Assembly (NCBI GenBank): GCA_034226945.1
Contig: CP120460.1
Location: 62,001-126,000 of the forward strand
DNA length: 64,000 nucleotides
Reading direction: 5' to 3'
Origin: Picochlorum sp. SENEW3
Taxonomy: Eukaryota
Position 1 is the first letter of the stretch. Every line of letters begins with the position of its first letter. The notes beneath the pieces are model-generated. The model saw nothing but the letters and a program-made list of their open reading frames with translations. It was not told the origin of the DNA and made no database searches. Below, piece by piece: positions 54,183 to 64,000 of this stretch. The position numbers and the translations under genes were made by a program.

Positions 54183-55955
54183 ATGGAGTTACTTCCGAGT
54201 ACGAGACATGCGTGCCCTCGTTCTGCTGCCATGTCTTGCCTCACAGGGGCAAAGGGATGGCATCGTTCTTCTCTTGAAAGAAAACAATTTTCAAAAAGGA
54301 ATGCTCATGTGCGACAGGCTGTGATATCGCCAGACATTCTGAGTTCTATCCACGACACATGTCAACATGGCATGTCAGCGTTGTTCACGTTTGCGTACGA
54401 GCCTGTAGTTCTTCCTTGTTCTTCGATGAATTGCGGGGATATAGTGTATCGGAGTACCTTGGATCCTGTGCTTCGAATGGAGCAGAGAGTGCTCTCGCCC
54501 CAGGGCCTCTTGCTTCTTGCAGCTAGTTTGTCGTATCTGTTTTCAAAGCCAGGCGTTCTTCAGGGTATGGTGGACACATATTTTTTAGCTCCTCTGCAGA
54601 GGGTAACGACTCCAGTGTATTGTATCGATGATGTCAAGGTTGGGAGGAAGATTGCAAGTGGTGGGTTTGGGTCTGTGTATTCAGGGCGGTTGGTGGAGAG
54701 TGACAAGCCAATCATTTTGAAGAAGGCGATAGAGTTTGGTGAAGCGGAGGTGTGGATGAATGAGAGGATTATGAGAGCATCTCCAGAGATTGCGGCGACG
54801 TATGTTACTGCGTTTCCAGATGGCCCAGATCCTCGTCCAGGGGATCCATTGTGGCTCATGTGGGAATTTGAAGGGAATAAGACTCTGGCAGATTTGATGA
54901 AATCAAGAGAGTTTCCACGTAATACAGAGAAAGTATTATTTGGAAAATTATTGAGTGTGTTGCCCGGGCCGAACAGGCGAGCAGCAGCTATTCGGGTAAT
55001 TATGAAACAAGTCTTGGAAGGGCTGAGGGCGTGTCACAATGTTGGGATCGTCCACAGGGATTTCAAGCCTCAGAATTGTGTCCTTGCGGAGAAAGATAAC
55101 AGATTTAAGCTGATTGATTTTGGAGCAGCTGCGGATTTGAGAGTGGGAATTAATTATGTCCCGAATCAGTATTTATTAGATCCGCGATATGCTCCACCAG
55201 AGCAGTATGTGATGAGTGCGCAGACCCCGAGAGCACCTCCTCAGCCGGTGGCAGCATTTTTATCACCTGTTCTTTGGCAGTTGAACGGTCCAGACAAATT
55301 TGATATGTACAGTGCTGGTATCACGTTGCTGCAGATGGCATTCCAACCACTCAGGACTGATAATGGGTTGATTGCTTTCAATAAAACTCTCGGAGACAAG
55401 TTCAATGGGGATCTGCGCGCATGGAGACGCTCGATGGAGAAGAAAGGTGCCAAGGAGTGGGTCGAAGGATTTCAGACGTTGGATGCTTTGGGAGGAGGAG
55501 GCTGGGATTTGGCTGTCAAGTTGGTTCAGAAAGAGCCAGCTGATAGGATCACAGCCACAGCAGCTCTGTCGCACCCATGGTTTGATTCTTCCTTTATGGC
55601 AACAATGACATCCACTGTGGATTCAATTGGAAGAACGGCGGCCAAGGTTACAACTGCCGACGATGGCTGGTTACAGAAGCAGATTGCTCGCTCTGGCACC
55701 TCTGAAGCAGGAGGATTCACAGAAGCACAACTCAGCGAAGAATTGGATAACCTGGGCTTGAAAACAGCCCCTCCTCCTATGAGAGGCTCAAATACTATCA
55801 CGTGGTGGCAGTCTCGACAAAAGGCAGCGCGTCAGCAGCTCAGGCAGCGGCGGAAGAGTATCGGTAGAAATTTGAAGCGAGCCAGAAAGACCTTGGCAGA
55901 GTCTAGTGACAAGGCAAAATCTTTTGGGTTTGAAAAGTTGTCATTTTGGAAATAA
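54183..55955 (+). CDS. STT7: Thylakoid state-transition Ser/Thr kinase
   Basis: Transit peptide, lumenal C-x4-C pair, TM then PGVL; HRDFKPQN; DFGAAADLRVGINY.P..LLDPRYAPPEQY; LSPVLWQLN.PD.FD. STN7/Stt7 family. Confidence 0.88.
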   Translation: MELLPSTRHACPRSAAMSCLTGAKGWHRSSLERKQFSKRNAHVRQAVISPDILSSIHDTCQHGMSALFTFAYEPVVLPCSSMNCGDIVYRSTLDPVLRMEQRVLSPQGLLLLAASLSYLFSKPGVLQGMVDTYFLAPLQRVTTPVYCIDDVKVGRKIASGGFGSVYSGRLVESDKPIILKKAIEFGEAEVWMNERIMRASPEIAATYVTAFPDGPDPRPGDPLWLMWEFEGNKTLADLMKSREFPRNTEKVLFGKLLSVLPGPNRRAAAIRVIMKQVLEGLRACHNVGIVHRDFKPQNCVLAEKDNRFKLIDFGAAADLRVGINYVPNQYLLDPRYAPPEQYVMSAQTPRAPPQPVAAFLSPVLWQLNGPDKFDMYSAGITLLQMAFQPLRTDNGLIAFNKTLGDKFNGDLRAWRRSMEKKGAKEWVEGFQTLDALGGGGWDLAVKLVQKEPADRITATAALSHPWFDSSFMATMTSTVDSIGRTAAKVTTADDGWLQKQIARSGTSEAGGFTEAQLSEELDNLGLKTAPPPMRGSNTITWWQSRQKAARQQLRQRRKSIGRNLKRARKTLAESSDKAKSFGFEKLSFWK

Positions 55956-56209
55956 TGAGCATAATAATCTGTAATACGGTTTTATGAAACTATGCAATCA
56001 ACCTACAGTCTCTTCATGGCTCTGCCGATGCTTGGAGGTGTCTTGAAGAGTAGGAGTGCTTCTTGTCACTCGGATGAATCCGGTTGCGCAACCGCCTGGA
56101 AGTCAGGTACCTGTCGACAGGGACGCGTTGATCTACGACCCTCATGGTCTGAGCTGGAATTAAGTTTTATATTGAAAAGTTCAATTCTTTATTTATATGT
56201 GTGAATAAA

Positions 56210-57875
56210 ATGCGAGTCTCGATGGGAATGAAGGCTGTTGTTACAGTGCTGCTTTCCCTACTGTTTTCCGTGGCAGACTGCAGAGTAACCGGTGGTCATC
56301 TGAAATGGATGTTTGATGCAAATGATGGATATTCTCCGTATAATTCACCATTTGTTCCACCTATATTAAAAGGCACAGCACCTGGAAATGAGCGGGTAGC
56401 TGTTCTGAGCAGAACTGCCAACGGCAATTGGGCTGTCGATGGTCTTAGCATCGTAAATGGTCAGTTTTTGGTGCTATTCCCTTGAGAAAAGGTGTGAAAA
56501 GGTATTCACGGCGCGTATTTTGACTATGCAGGCAGAAGAATATGGGACGCTGTGCTGCCTTTTACCGAAGAAGACCAGGTTGGTCGTGGGGTTTTCTCAG
56601 CGAACCCGCAGCAGTTTATTGACAATGACATTAACTTGGCATTTGTACAAGTGCCTGGTATTCTCATTGCGCTTGATGGGGTGGATGGCACGCCCAAGTG
56701 GCAATGGCCCATCCCAGTGAATAATAGTTTGCAGTATGTCAGTGGTTGGAACAATCACCTAGGATTGATTTTGCAAGGCCAACCGATCGTCAGCCCTTAC
56801 TTCCCTGCAGTCATTCGACCCACTGTTCTGGCGACAATAAATGCTGTCGATGGATCCTTGTTGTGGCTTCAGAATGCGACTGATGTCCTTCCCTTGTCTC
56901 AGGCCGATTCAGCATCATATGCTGTAGAAGCCATAGAGGGGACACGGGAGGGTCTCTTGTACTCTAGGGCAAATAAGCTGCAGCTTTTGGACTGGGACGA
57001 TGGATCAGTTATTTGGAAGACGCAAGTCTCATTGGAAGGCAGTGTTGGCACTGGGCAGGGGGCAAATATCACACACCTGAGATATGTTCCAAAACACCCT
57101 CTCCTGGATGCACCTGACAGGATCCTGTTGAATGCAAACAATTGGGGATTCCAGCGCTTCGTCATGTTGGCATTTAATGAAACAAATACTACTGGTGCGT
57201 CATGTTTGACAATACGATTCGTGATGATATTATGCCCCTCACAGGTGATTCCATCAATTGCAGCACCACCAGAGACACTTTGGCGATCTCGATTCCCAGA
57301 AACGTCCCTGTTAGACGTCGAATTGACATCTCCAACAATCGACAACTCCCCTGATATCGAAATGTTCTACTATTGGGCAAACAGAACAAATTGGAATGTG
57401 GGTGAGAATCCCACATCAGAGGTATGCCATGCATGGAATGGTTGTCTCTCATTGGTATTTCTAACACAAACATGATGCGTGTATGCAGACATACTTGGTC
57501 GGCAAAAAGATGTCAGATGGATCTGAAGTTTGGTCAGCTCGGCTTGATCCAATCGGTCTCCCGTCGACATTCTATGGGAGGGTGTTTGTGACTGGAAAGA
57601 ATGGACTGAACGCAATTCAAGGTAGTAGCGGGTCCACTTTGTGGACAATCGCAGGAGATCCCACCACGAATTATTCATACGAATCATCACCTACGTTTGC
57701 AAATGAGACAGGTCTCATGGTGGCTGTGCGATGCATGCAAGCTGATATACCAACGCTCTGCATGTACAGTGCATTTGACCCGTACGGCAGTGGTCATGCC
57801 TCATTGTTCCACCCGTGGAGTACCGCCTTCTTTACCCTCATGGGTTTCATGCTATATAGTTGTTTAAAGCTTTAA
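56210..57875 (+). CDS. Secreted PQQ-like beta-propeller protein with hydrophobic C-terminus (TM or GPI); introns 56460-56531, 57195-57263, 57422-57488
   Basis: Signal peptide; repeated A.D..DG...W motifs; canonical splice sites restore a single frame. Confidence 0.7.
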
Positions 57876-57888
57876 TAAATAAAGATTC

Positions 57889-58854
57889 TCACTCCAACAA
57901 GCTCTTCACCACCAACACAACAAACATGAGAATAATCATCACAAGCAACACCAGGACACACGAGGCCAGAATCCCCCTTCTCTGCGCCTTCTCGGCTCTC
58001 TTCAACTGAGACACGCCCTGATCAACCATGGAGGAAGTCTGCTCTAAATTATAGTCAATTCTGTCCAGTACTGTTCCTTGCTCGATGACTAACGTGGACA
58101 AATCTTTCATAATCTGTGCCAAATCATGGATGGATGTCATAATCTTCATCACTTCCTTATCCCTTTCTTGAGCTAATGCTGACGACGACGCCACTGCCAT
58201 AGACTGCAACTCTGACAATCCAGGGTCATACGTTGCGTCATTTTCATTCCCAGATTCAAACAAATCCAGAGCACTGGCAGCAACACTATCACCTCCATCC
58301 CTTTCTCGTAATCTCACCAAGTATGTCTTTTGCTGCTTTCTAAAATCCAGAGACAGTTTCTGCAACTCTAATGCCAATGTCTTTTGCATATTACTCTGGA
58401 CCTTTGCGTCTAAAGAATCTCGGGACACGCCATCAAATCGTCTGCTAAAATCTTGCAATGACTTCTCACACTTTCTAAACAACTTTGTAATCTGCTGCGT
58501 CGTCACCTCCACAGCAACTTCGTCATCTCTAGCATCATCAAACGTATTCAAACTCGCCTTTCCGTGCAGTATCCGTATCTCCTCCATCAACTCCCGTATA
58601 GATGCCATATCCTGACGAATCTCATTCCGCATCTCCACATACCAAGGAACATGCCCCATCTCCTCCCCGAGCTCCACATCCGACATCCCCATCGCCGTCG
58701 CAAGCAACTTGGACGTCTCATCTCCAATACTGGTCGTCGTCGTCGTCGACATCAACCGCCTTCCCTTCTCCCGAAGCTTGAGAAACTGGTCAGTCCTGTT
58801 CCTGATTGTCCCCAACATCGCAGACCGCTGCTGCGAGGCACTGCTCTGATTCAT
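57889..58854 (-). CDS. Qa-SNARE syntaxin, SYP4/STX16/Tlg2 type
   Basis: RNRT..F N-peptide, FRKQQKTYL, SNARE motif IEQGTVLDRIDYN, C-terminal TM. Confidence 0.92.
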   Translation of the reverse strand: MNQSSASQQRSAMLGTIRNRTDQFLKLREKGRRLMSTTTTTSIGDETSKLLATAMGMSDVELGEEMGHVPWYVEMRNEIRQDMASIRELMEEIRILHGKASLNTFDDARDDEVAVEVTTQQITKLFRKCEKSLQDFSRRFDGVSRDSLDAKVQSNMQKTLALELQKLSLDFRKQQKTYLVRLRERDGGDSVAASALDLFESGNENDATYDPGLSELQSMAVASSSALAQERDKEVMKIMTSIHDLAQIMKDLSTLVIEQGTVLDRIDYNLEQTSSMVDQGVSQLKRAEKAQRRGILASCVLVLLVMIILMFVVLVVKSLLE

Positions 58855-59223
58855 TATATACTATTCTAATGTATCGTACTCTCTGATGGTCACGGCAGTC
58901 GACGTATCAAACTCCTGTAGGAATAATCTTTCATGGCAGTTGGTGGGTATTACCGCGGTACCCGGTCACGCTCCCTCCAAGACCAGACAGAGGTTATTTT
59001 TATGCATACACAAATATGGTATGAATGCTCTGCCCAAACCCCGCGTGGCACCATGAGAGTTGTACAGAGAAACTCTGGTATTTCGTAATTGATATATTGT
59101 GTATATTATACATAATATTCTCAATTACAGAAAGCGCATTCAAATGGACCGTCTCAGAATCATTCTTCGTTCGTTTCTCCCTCCTAATTACGTATACCTA
59201 ATGAAATACTATGAATTCTTAAT

Positions 59224-59799
59224 ATGGATGAGTTTCAAAATATTTGGTTGAAAGTGTTGGATAAGGCGACACGGTCGCGATTAGACAGATTAGAAGACCT
59301 CGTGGGTAGACTCGCAGAGGGCGGTGGCTACCACTATGGGAGCATCATATGCAGCACCATGATTGAATATCTATCTAAAAAGGAATTAAACACGGAGAAG
59401 AAGATGCGCTGTGTATATGGTATGAGTAGCGTTCTGAGGGGTCGTTCAACGACGTTTGACCGCCGGTCGAGTCGCTTTATGCGGGGACTCATGTCTGAAC
59501 TCGAGAGACATGTTGACACGATAGCAGATGCGTTCAAGAGTATAGCGCACCAAGGGCAAGGCGATAAAGTGAACAGGATATTGAGGCTGTGGCGAGCGGA
59601 ACGAGTGCTGGGAGTAGGTGTCCTGGACACCTTGGGTGCATCTCTTCACACAACAGACAAAGGGTTTGATCATGCCGTGAAAACACCTGATGTAGATGAC
59701 ACAGATCAGGTGCAAAAGAGCATCTTTGAGGAGAGGATGGCACGTATGCAGCAGTCTAGTGCCCGTGTTGAATACATGAAGAGCATTGATATGGAGTAG
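59224..59799 (+). CDS. Small CID/ENTH-VHS-like helical protein
   Basis: K.RCVY..SSVLR and KVNRILRLW..V patterns resemble a CTD-interacting domain. Confidence 0.5.
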   Translation: MDEFQNIWLKVLDKATRSRLDRLEDLVGRLAEGGGYHYGSIICSTMIEYLSKKELNTEKKMRCVYGMSSVLRGRSTTFDRRSSRFMRGLMSELERHVDTIADAFKSIAHQGQGDKVNRILRLWRAERVLGVGVLDTLGASLHTTDKGFDHAVKTPDVDDTDQVQKSIFEERMARMQQSSARVEYMKSIDME

Positions 59800-59854
59800 T
59801 AACCCATTGTCGCGACCCAAATTTCTACTACGGTAGTATACATGTATATAATTC

Positions 59855-61117
59855 TCAGAGTATTGTACACATGCGACGGTTGTCGCATTCTTGTTCCCGA
59901 GTACCATCATCCTCAATCTGTTGTTGACGATGCTGCATGTCTCTCCTTGCCCTATCCGCAATCTCCTCAAGCTCATCCGCGTGAAAATCATGCTGACCAA
60001 AATCGTCATGCAACGCTTTTGCCAACCCAAGGCTTGTTTCTCGCCTCATTGTTGTACTAAACTTTAAGGATTTTGCCATGCAAGCCAATTCTTCATTCTC
60101 CAATGCACCCGCAGAATGATACGATCGAGAATATTCAGACTCATCCGAGTGAGCCATCCTCGACCCCGAATGACTCCTCCGAATCGACGATGGAGCACTC
60201 CTCATCAATATTCCTTTATTCCGAGATGATGATCTGGCCTCGTGCAGCGAGTCCATGCCGGCATCCTCTCCATGTGAGAGGGGACCCTCCTCATCACATC
60301 CTTGACAGGATGCCAGCTCTGCTTTCAGCAGGCTCGTCGCAACACTCCTCACCACCCGTGGCGTCCCACCATATCTCGCATACAATTCATCTATAAATTT
60401 ACCATGCTTCACCCCAGGCGGCCGAGCCTCTGCGAAACTTGCAAGCGCAGAATCCACAGTCATTCCATGGGCCTGACACAGATACGAGCACACAATAAAC
60501 CCCGTCCTATTGAACCCATACGCACAATGTATAGCAATATACTGATCAGGATGTCGCGACCAAAACTCCTTCGCGACACACTCCACCTCGTCCACCGCAT
60601 CCTTTGAAGGCAACACCTTGGCAACAAGCTGCACATGTGCATACTCCAACCCACCCTCTGGCAGATCATCCTGATACAGACATTCATGGTTCGCCAGATC
60701 TATAATCATACCAACACGCCGTTGAACCTTATTCTGAGACTCTATCAACTCCTGAACCGTCAAGACATGCCTCGGCGGATCCTCCAGTGACCAGTTCTCA
60801 ATGATTTCCCGAGACATGGGAGTCTTCATCGGCAAGAACATTGTCGGAGACACTGGCTGGCCAATAGACTCATAATCAGCCCATTTCTGAAGCTTTGTTA
60901 ACACAGTGGGCGTCTGATCCGTCACAACAACCCGCCCATCGCTATCGAACAAGACCGAAGAACTCCCTCCCCGTCTCTCACTCCCGAAGAGAGACTCATT
61001 ATCCTGAACACAACCCTGACTTTTACTACGACTACCATCACGATGAATGTCCAAGGGATGCGTATCAGGCTCGGCTTCTCCTGGTGGATTGAACCCCGAC
61101 CTCACCAATCCTTCCAT
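59855..61117 (-). CDS. Cys-based RNA 5'-triphosphatase/dual-specificity phosphatase (DUSP11 or capping-enzyme TPase-like)
   Basis: FLPMKTP, IIDLAN, HCAYGFNRTG (CX5R), FAEARPPG, FIDELYARY. Start codon uncertain. Confidence 0.85.
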   Translation of the reverse strand: MEGLVRSGFNPPGEAEPDTHPLDIHRDGSRSKSQGCVQDNESLFGSERRGGSSSVLFDSDGRVVVTDQTPTVLTKLQKWADYESIGQPVSPTMFLPMKTPMSREIIENWSLEDPPRHVLTVQELIESQNKVQRRVGMIIDLANHECLYQDDLPEGGLEYAHVQLVAKVLPSKDAVDEVECVAKEFWSRHPDQYIAIHCAYGFNRTGFIVCSYLCQAHGMTVDSALASFAEARPPGVKHGKFIDELYARYGGTPRVVRSVATSLLKAELASCQGCDEEGPLSHGEDAGMDSLHEARSSSRNKGILMRSAPSSIRRSHSGSRMAHSDESEYSRSYHSAGALENEELACMAKSLKFSTTMRRETSLGLAKALHDDFGQHDFHADELEEIADRARRDMQHRQQQIEDDGTREQECDNRRMCTIL

Positions 61118-61554
61118 ATCTTCCACAGACCTATAGATCAACTCAACTACTGAGTACAACGATGCATCCTTTATTGAAGAGACCTGTAATTCAGAGTATG
61201 GCAGAAGTCTACTGCTTGCTTGCTTGCTTGCTTTTCTTCTGAGTGCATTCGACGACTGTTCCCATCCATGCACGACTCATCAATCAATACTACCGCAGTA
61301 TTCTTATTGTTGGTTGGTTGGTATTCCTTATTTATTTTTTTAATTTGGAAGAAGTGCGCGAAAGAAATAGTAATCCTGTGGAACAGAATATTGTCATGGG
61401 TTGAATTCAGTTCTGAATGATTTTGAGCAAACAAATATACATATTATGCCTTGATAATAATACTAGGGAGCGCTCCCAAGACCAGATGCATACCATATGT
61501 TGCATGTGTTGAGGAGCATGCGATGCTGTCTATAGATATGGTTCAACAACTGGG

Positions 61555-61617
61555 GATGATGATGATGATGATCCATGGAAAAGAATTCTTCTTCTTCTTC
61601 TTCTTCTTCTTCTTCTT
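61555..61617. repeat. (GAT)6 and (TTC)10 microsatellites
   Basis: 61555-61572 and 61586-61615, read directly. Confidence 0.9.
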
Positions 61618-61815
61618 TCTAAGTAAGGAAACGTACCATCTGGTTGATTCAGATTCTGCTCACCTGTCAAAGTACTCTTCTGAAGGGAAGAGATGTCAGA
61701 AAAGATTGGATAGCGCGCTTCACTTGACTAGAATTCTATTTTTTGAAAGATACGAGTCATTGTGCAGAATTGAGCAATTCATCATCATTAATTGTGCTAT
61801 TATTAGTATTGAACC

Positions 61816-63493
61816 ATGGATGTGGTCAAATCGATTGATCTGCGGGACAGGCAGAGCCAGATTGCTGTTGTTGCTGCTGCTGCAGGTGTTGTTGGTGGAG
61901 GGTATTTGCTTCGTCGAGTGATACGTGCTCGTCGTGAAGCTGCTCCGATTCCATCTGGTCCGTATGCGCCAGAAACTCTTCCAAAGGATTGCTACGATGC
62001 TGTCATTGTAGGAGCTGGTGCGTTGGTCTTTGTGTGAGGTTTTTTTCTGTCTTCTTGATGGTGTGCCCGATGGGAGAATGTGGGGTATATGTGTGCTTAT
62101 GTTTTGATGTGATGAGTAAACCCATGGTTGATCGCTCGATGGGATGTATCCCGAGATGAAAGTGATCTGGCGGCAATCTGACCGGGAATGTCATTCGACC
62201 GTTGCAGGTCCTTCTGGGTCTGTATGCGGGTACTATTTGGCTAAGAGCGGGGCTAAAGTTGCGCTTCTGGATAAGGAAGTGTTTCCACGTGAGAAGATTT
62301 GTGGGGATGCTGTGTGCACGCCAGCTATTCATATCCTCAAGGATATGGGAGTGATTGATGGTTTGGTGGCGGAAGGAAAGGCCAAGTATGCTGATAGTGG
62401 AGGATTTGTGAGTCCAGCTGGGTTGTCGTATATTGGGAACTCTGTGCATGAGTTGGGTGAGAGTGCTGCTTGTGCTATCAAGAGATATCATTTGGATAAT
62501 GCTGTTGCCAAGAAGGCACAGGAGGCTGGTGCGGAGCTTATGGAGAAGTTTGAGGTGGGAAATGATGTGACTTTTGATGCTGAGAAGGGTCTATGGACTG
62601 TCAAGTCGGTGACTGGCAGTGTCGTGAAGGGACGCATGTTGGTGTGTGCTGATGGTGCGACATCCAGACTTGCGACTCGCTTGGGTCTTTGCAAAGCACC
62701 GGCGTTGGGAGTGTCTTCTCGCGCGTACATATCAAACCATAATACGGAATTCGATGGAGCTTGCTTCTACCCTCGGTGGTCTCTCCCAGGATATGCTGCC
62801 ATCTTCAGACATGCTGATGGGGAGCTGGGATACTGCTACTATCTCATTCCAGCTGGTCCGAATGCGAATAAGGGACAGCTTGGGCGTGTTACTGCGGATG
62901 ATTTGAAGCGTCTTCATGAAGATGGAATCAAGAGCGATCCATTTATTTCGAGAGCTATGGGTCCAGAGCCAAAGTGCCAGCGCATGAAGGCTGGATCCCT
63001 TCGCGTTGGAGGGCAGGGTGTGCCAAAGACGTATGATGAGCATCTGGTGATTGTTGGTGATGCCGCTGGCCACATTGATCCATTGACTGGAGAAGGTATT
63101 CATACTGCCATGATGGGAGGAAAGATTGCCGCTGAAACTATTTTGAAGGCACGTGCTGCTGGAAATTTCTCTGTGGATGCCACCAAAAAGTTCCAGGAAG
63201 CTTGGATGAGGAGATATGGTCACGACTTTTACTGGTCTCAGGCATTTGCTGAGGCTATTTATCGTTGCCCTATTTTGATGGATGCCGTTGCGAATGAGAC
63301 GCGGCGTACTGGGGACAGATTCATGTCAGTGTGGGCTGAAGTTGCCACATGCATGCGCCCCAAAACTGACTTCTTTAGACCAACTGTTGCCGTCCCTCTG
63401 ACATTTGCACTCATCCGTGAATTCTGGAGCCAAAAGATTATGGGAAATAACAAGGGATATTCTATGCCTTTGGTAAATGGAAAGGCTGCATGA
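61816..63493 (+). CDS. Geranylgeranyl-reductase-family FAD oxidoreductase with N-terminal membrane anchor; intron 62018-62207
   Basis: YDAVIVGA|GPSG (GxGxxG), FPREKICGD, ADGATS, VGDAAGHIDPLTGEGI. Confidence 0.88.
62104..62186 (+). ncRNA. Candidate intronic box C/D snoRNA
   Basis: Inside a 190-nt intron: perfect C box GTGATGA (62109-62115), D'-like CCGA, C'-like ATGAAA, D box CTGA (62178-62181). Confidence 0.45.
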
Positions 63494-63724
63494 TGTTGCT
63501 GACTCTGCTGCTGGTGGTATTGATTCAAAAGTGTCTCACCCACAGCATGCGTGCACGTATGAAATTGCGAGGAGGCATGGATGGACCAATCAACCAAAGT
63601 TTTACTTGGCAGTATATCGAGTATTGTTTATGAATATTACAGAGAATATGTCGGAGAAGAAGGCTCATCATTATTGAATTATCATTGTTTTCATGCCATG
63701 ACATTTTCCTTGAAAAGGAAAAAC

Positions 63725-64000
63725 TCAACTGTAAAACCAGTCTACAAAAAGAAGTGCCAGCGAAAAGACGAAAAGAAGGAAGAGTAAACACTTTCTGGAA
63801 CTCTTATTCACCCGCACCGTCTTTTCCAGTTGCACGTTACCCATCTGAATGTTCTCAGATGCCTGCACTGCTTCATTGTACAATGTTTCAATCTGTTCTG
63901 CCTGCTGAAAAATTGCCGCACTAAATGCCTGATTGAGCGATGCTATTTCTCGCACAGATTTTTCTGCATGTTGCACTCGATCGGATAACTGCACCAAGTC
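63725..64000 (-). CDS. Qa-SNARE syntaxin SYP81/STX18 type, 3' end only
   Basis: EIASLNQAFS..QQAEQIE.LY..A..NI..GN.QL, C-terminal TM ending LLFVDWFYS. Confidence 0.88.
   Translation of the reverse strand, partial: DLVQLSDRVQHAEKSVREIASLNQAFSAAIFQQAEQIETLYNEAVQASENIQMGNVQLEKTVRVNKSSRKCLLFLLFVFSLALLFVDWFYS

Noticed and set aside
61451..61921. 156-aa ORF with poly-Met and poly-Phe
   Set aside because: Artefact of the (GAT)n and (TTC)n microsatellites; it overlaps the true first exon in another frame.
1..64000. CRISPR array, rRNA genes or giant-virus endogenisation
   Set aside because: No repeat-spacer array, no rRNA-like sequence and no NCLDV hallmark genes seen.

Overview
Gene-dense, intron-poor eukaryotic nuclear DNA with short GT-AG introns (mostly 60-95 nt), very short intergenic gaps and TGTAA poly(A) signals after several stops. 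The gene set is chlorophyte-type (STT7/STN7, SLT-type sulfate transporter, RpoT, GINT1). I infer a compact green alga, plausibly a Picochlorum-like trebouxiophyte; this is not proven. About 30 protein genes are identifiable, including a partial CPSF30 that the ORF track missed. The highlight is a circularly permuted tRNA-Thr(UGU) gene at 1969-2070: the 3' half lies upstream of the 5' half, split at 37/38, with a BHB-like leader/trailer pairing, an upstream TATA box and a T6 terminator. Also notable are a complete 5.56-kb CACTA transposon (TIRs, CAT target-site duplication, frameshifted transposase, divergent orphan ORF), a GIY-YIG (Effector-of-Transcription-type) domain fused to a 4-TM MARVEL-like domain, a Dicer/RIG-I-type pseudo-helicase lacking RNase III, tandem secreted beta-helix glycan-lyase-like paralogs, and two candidate intronic C/D snoRNAs. 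All identifications come from manual motif recognition; no database searches were run.
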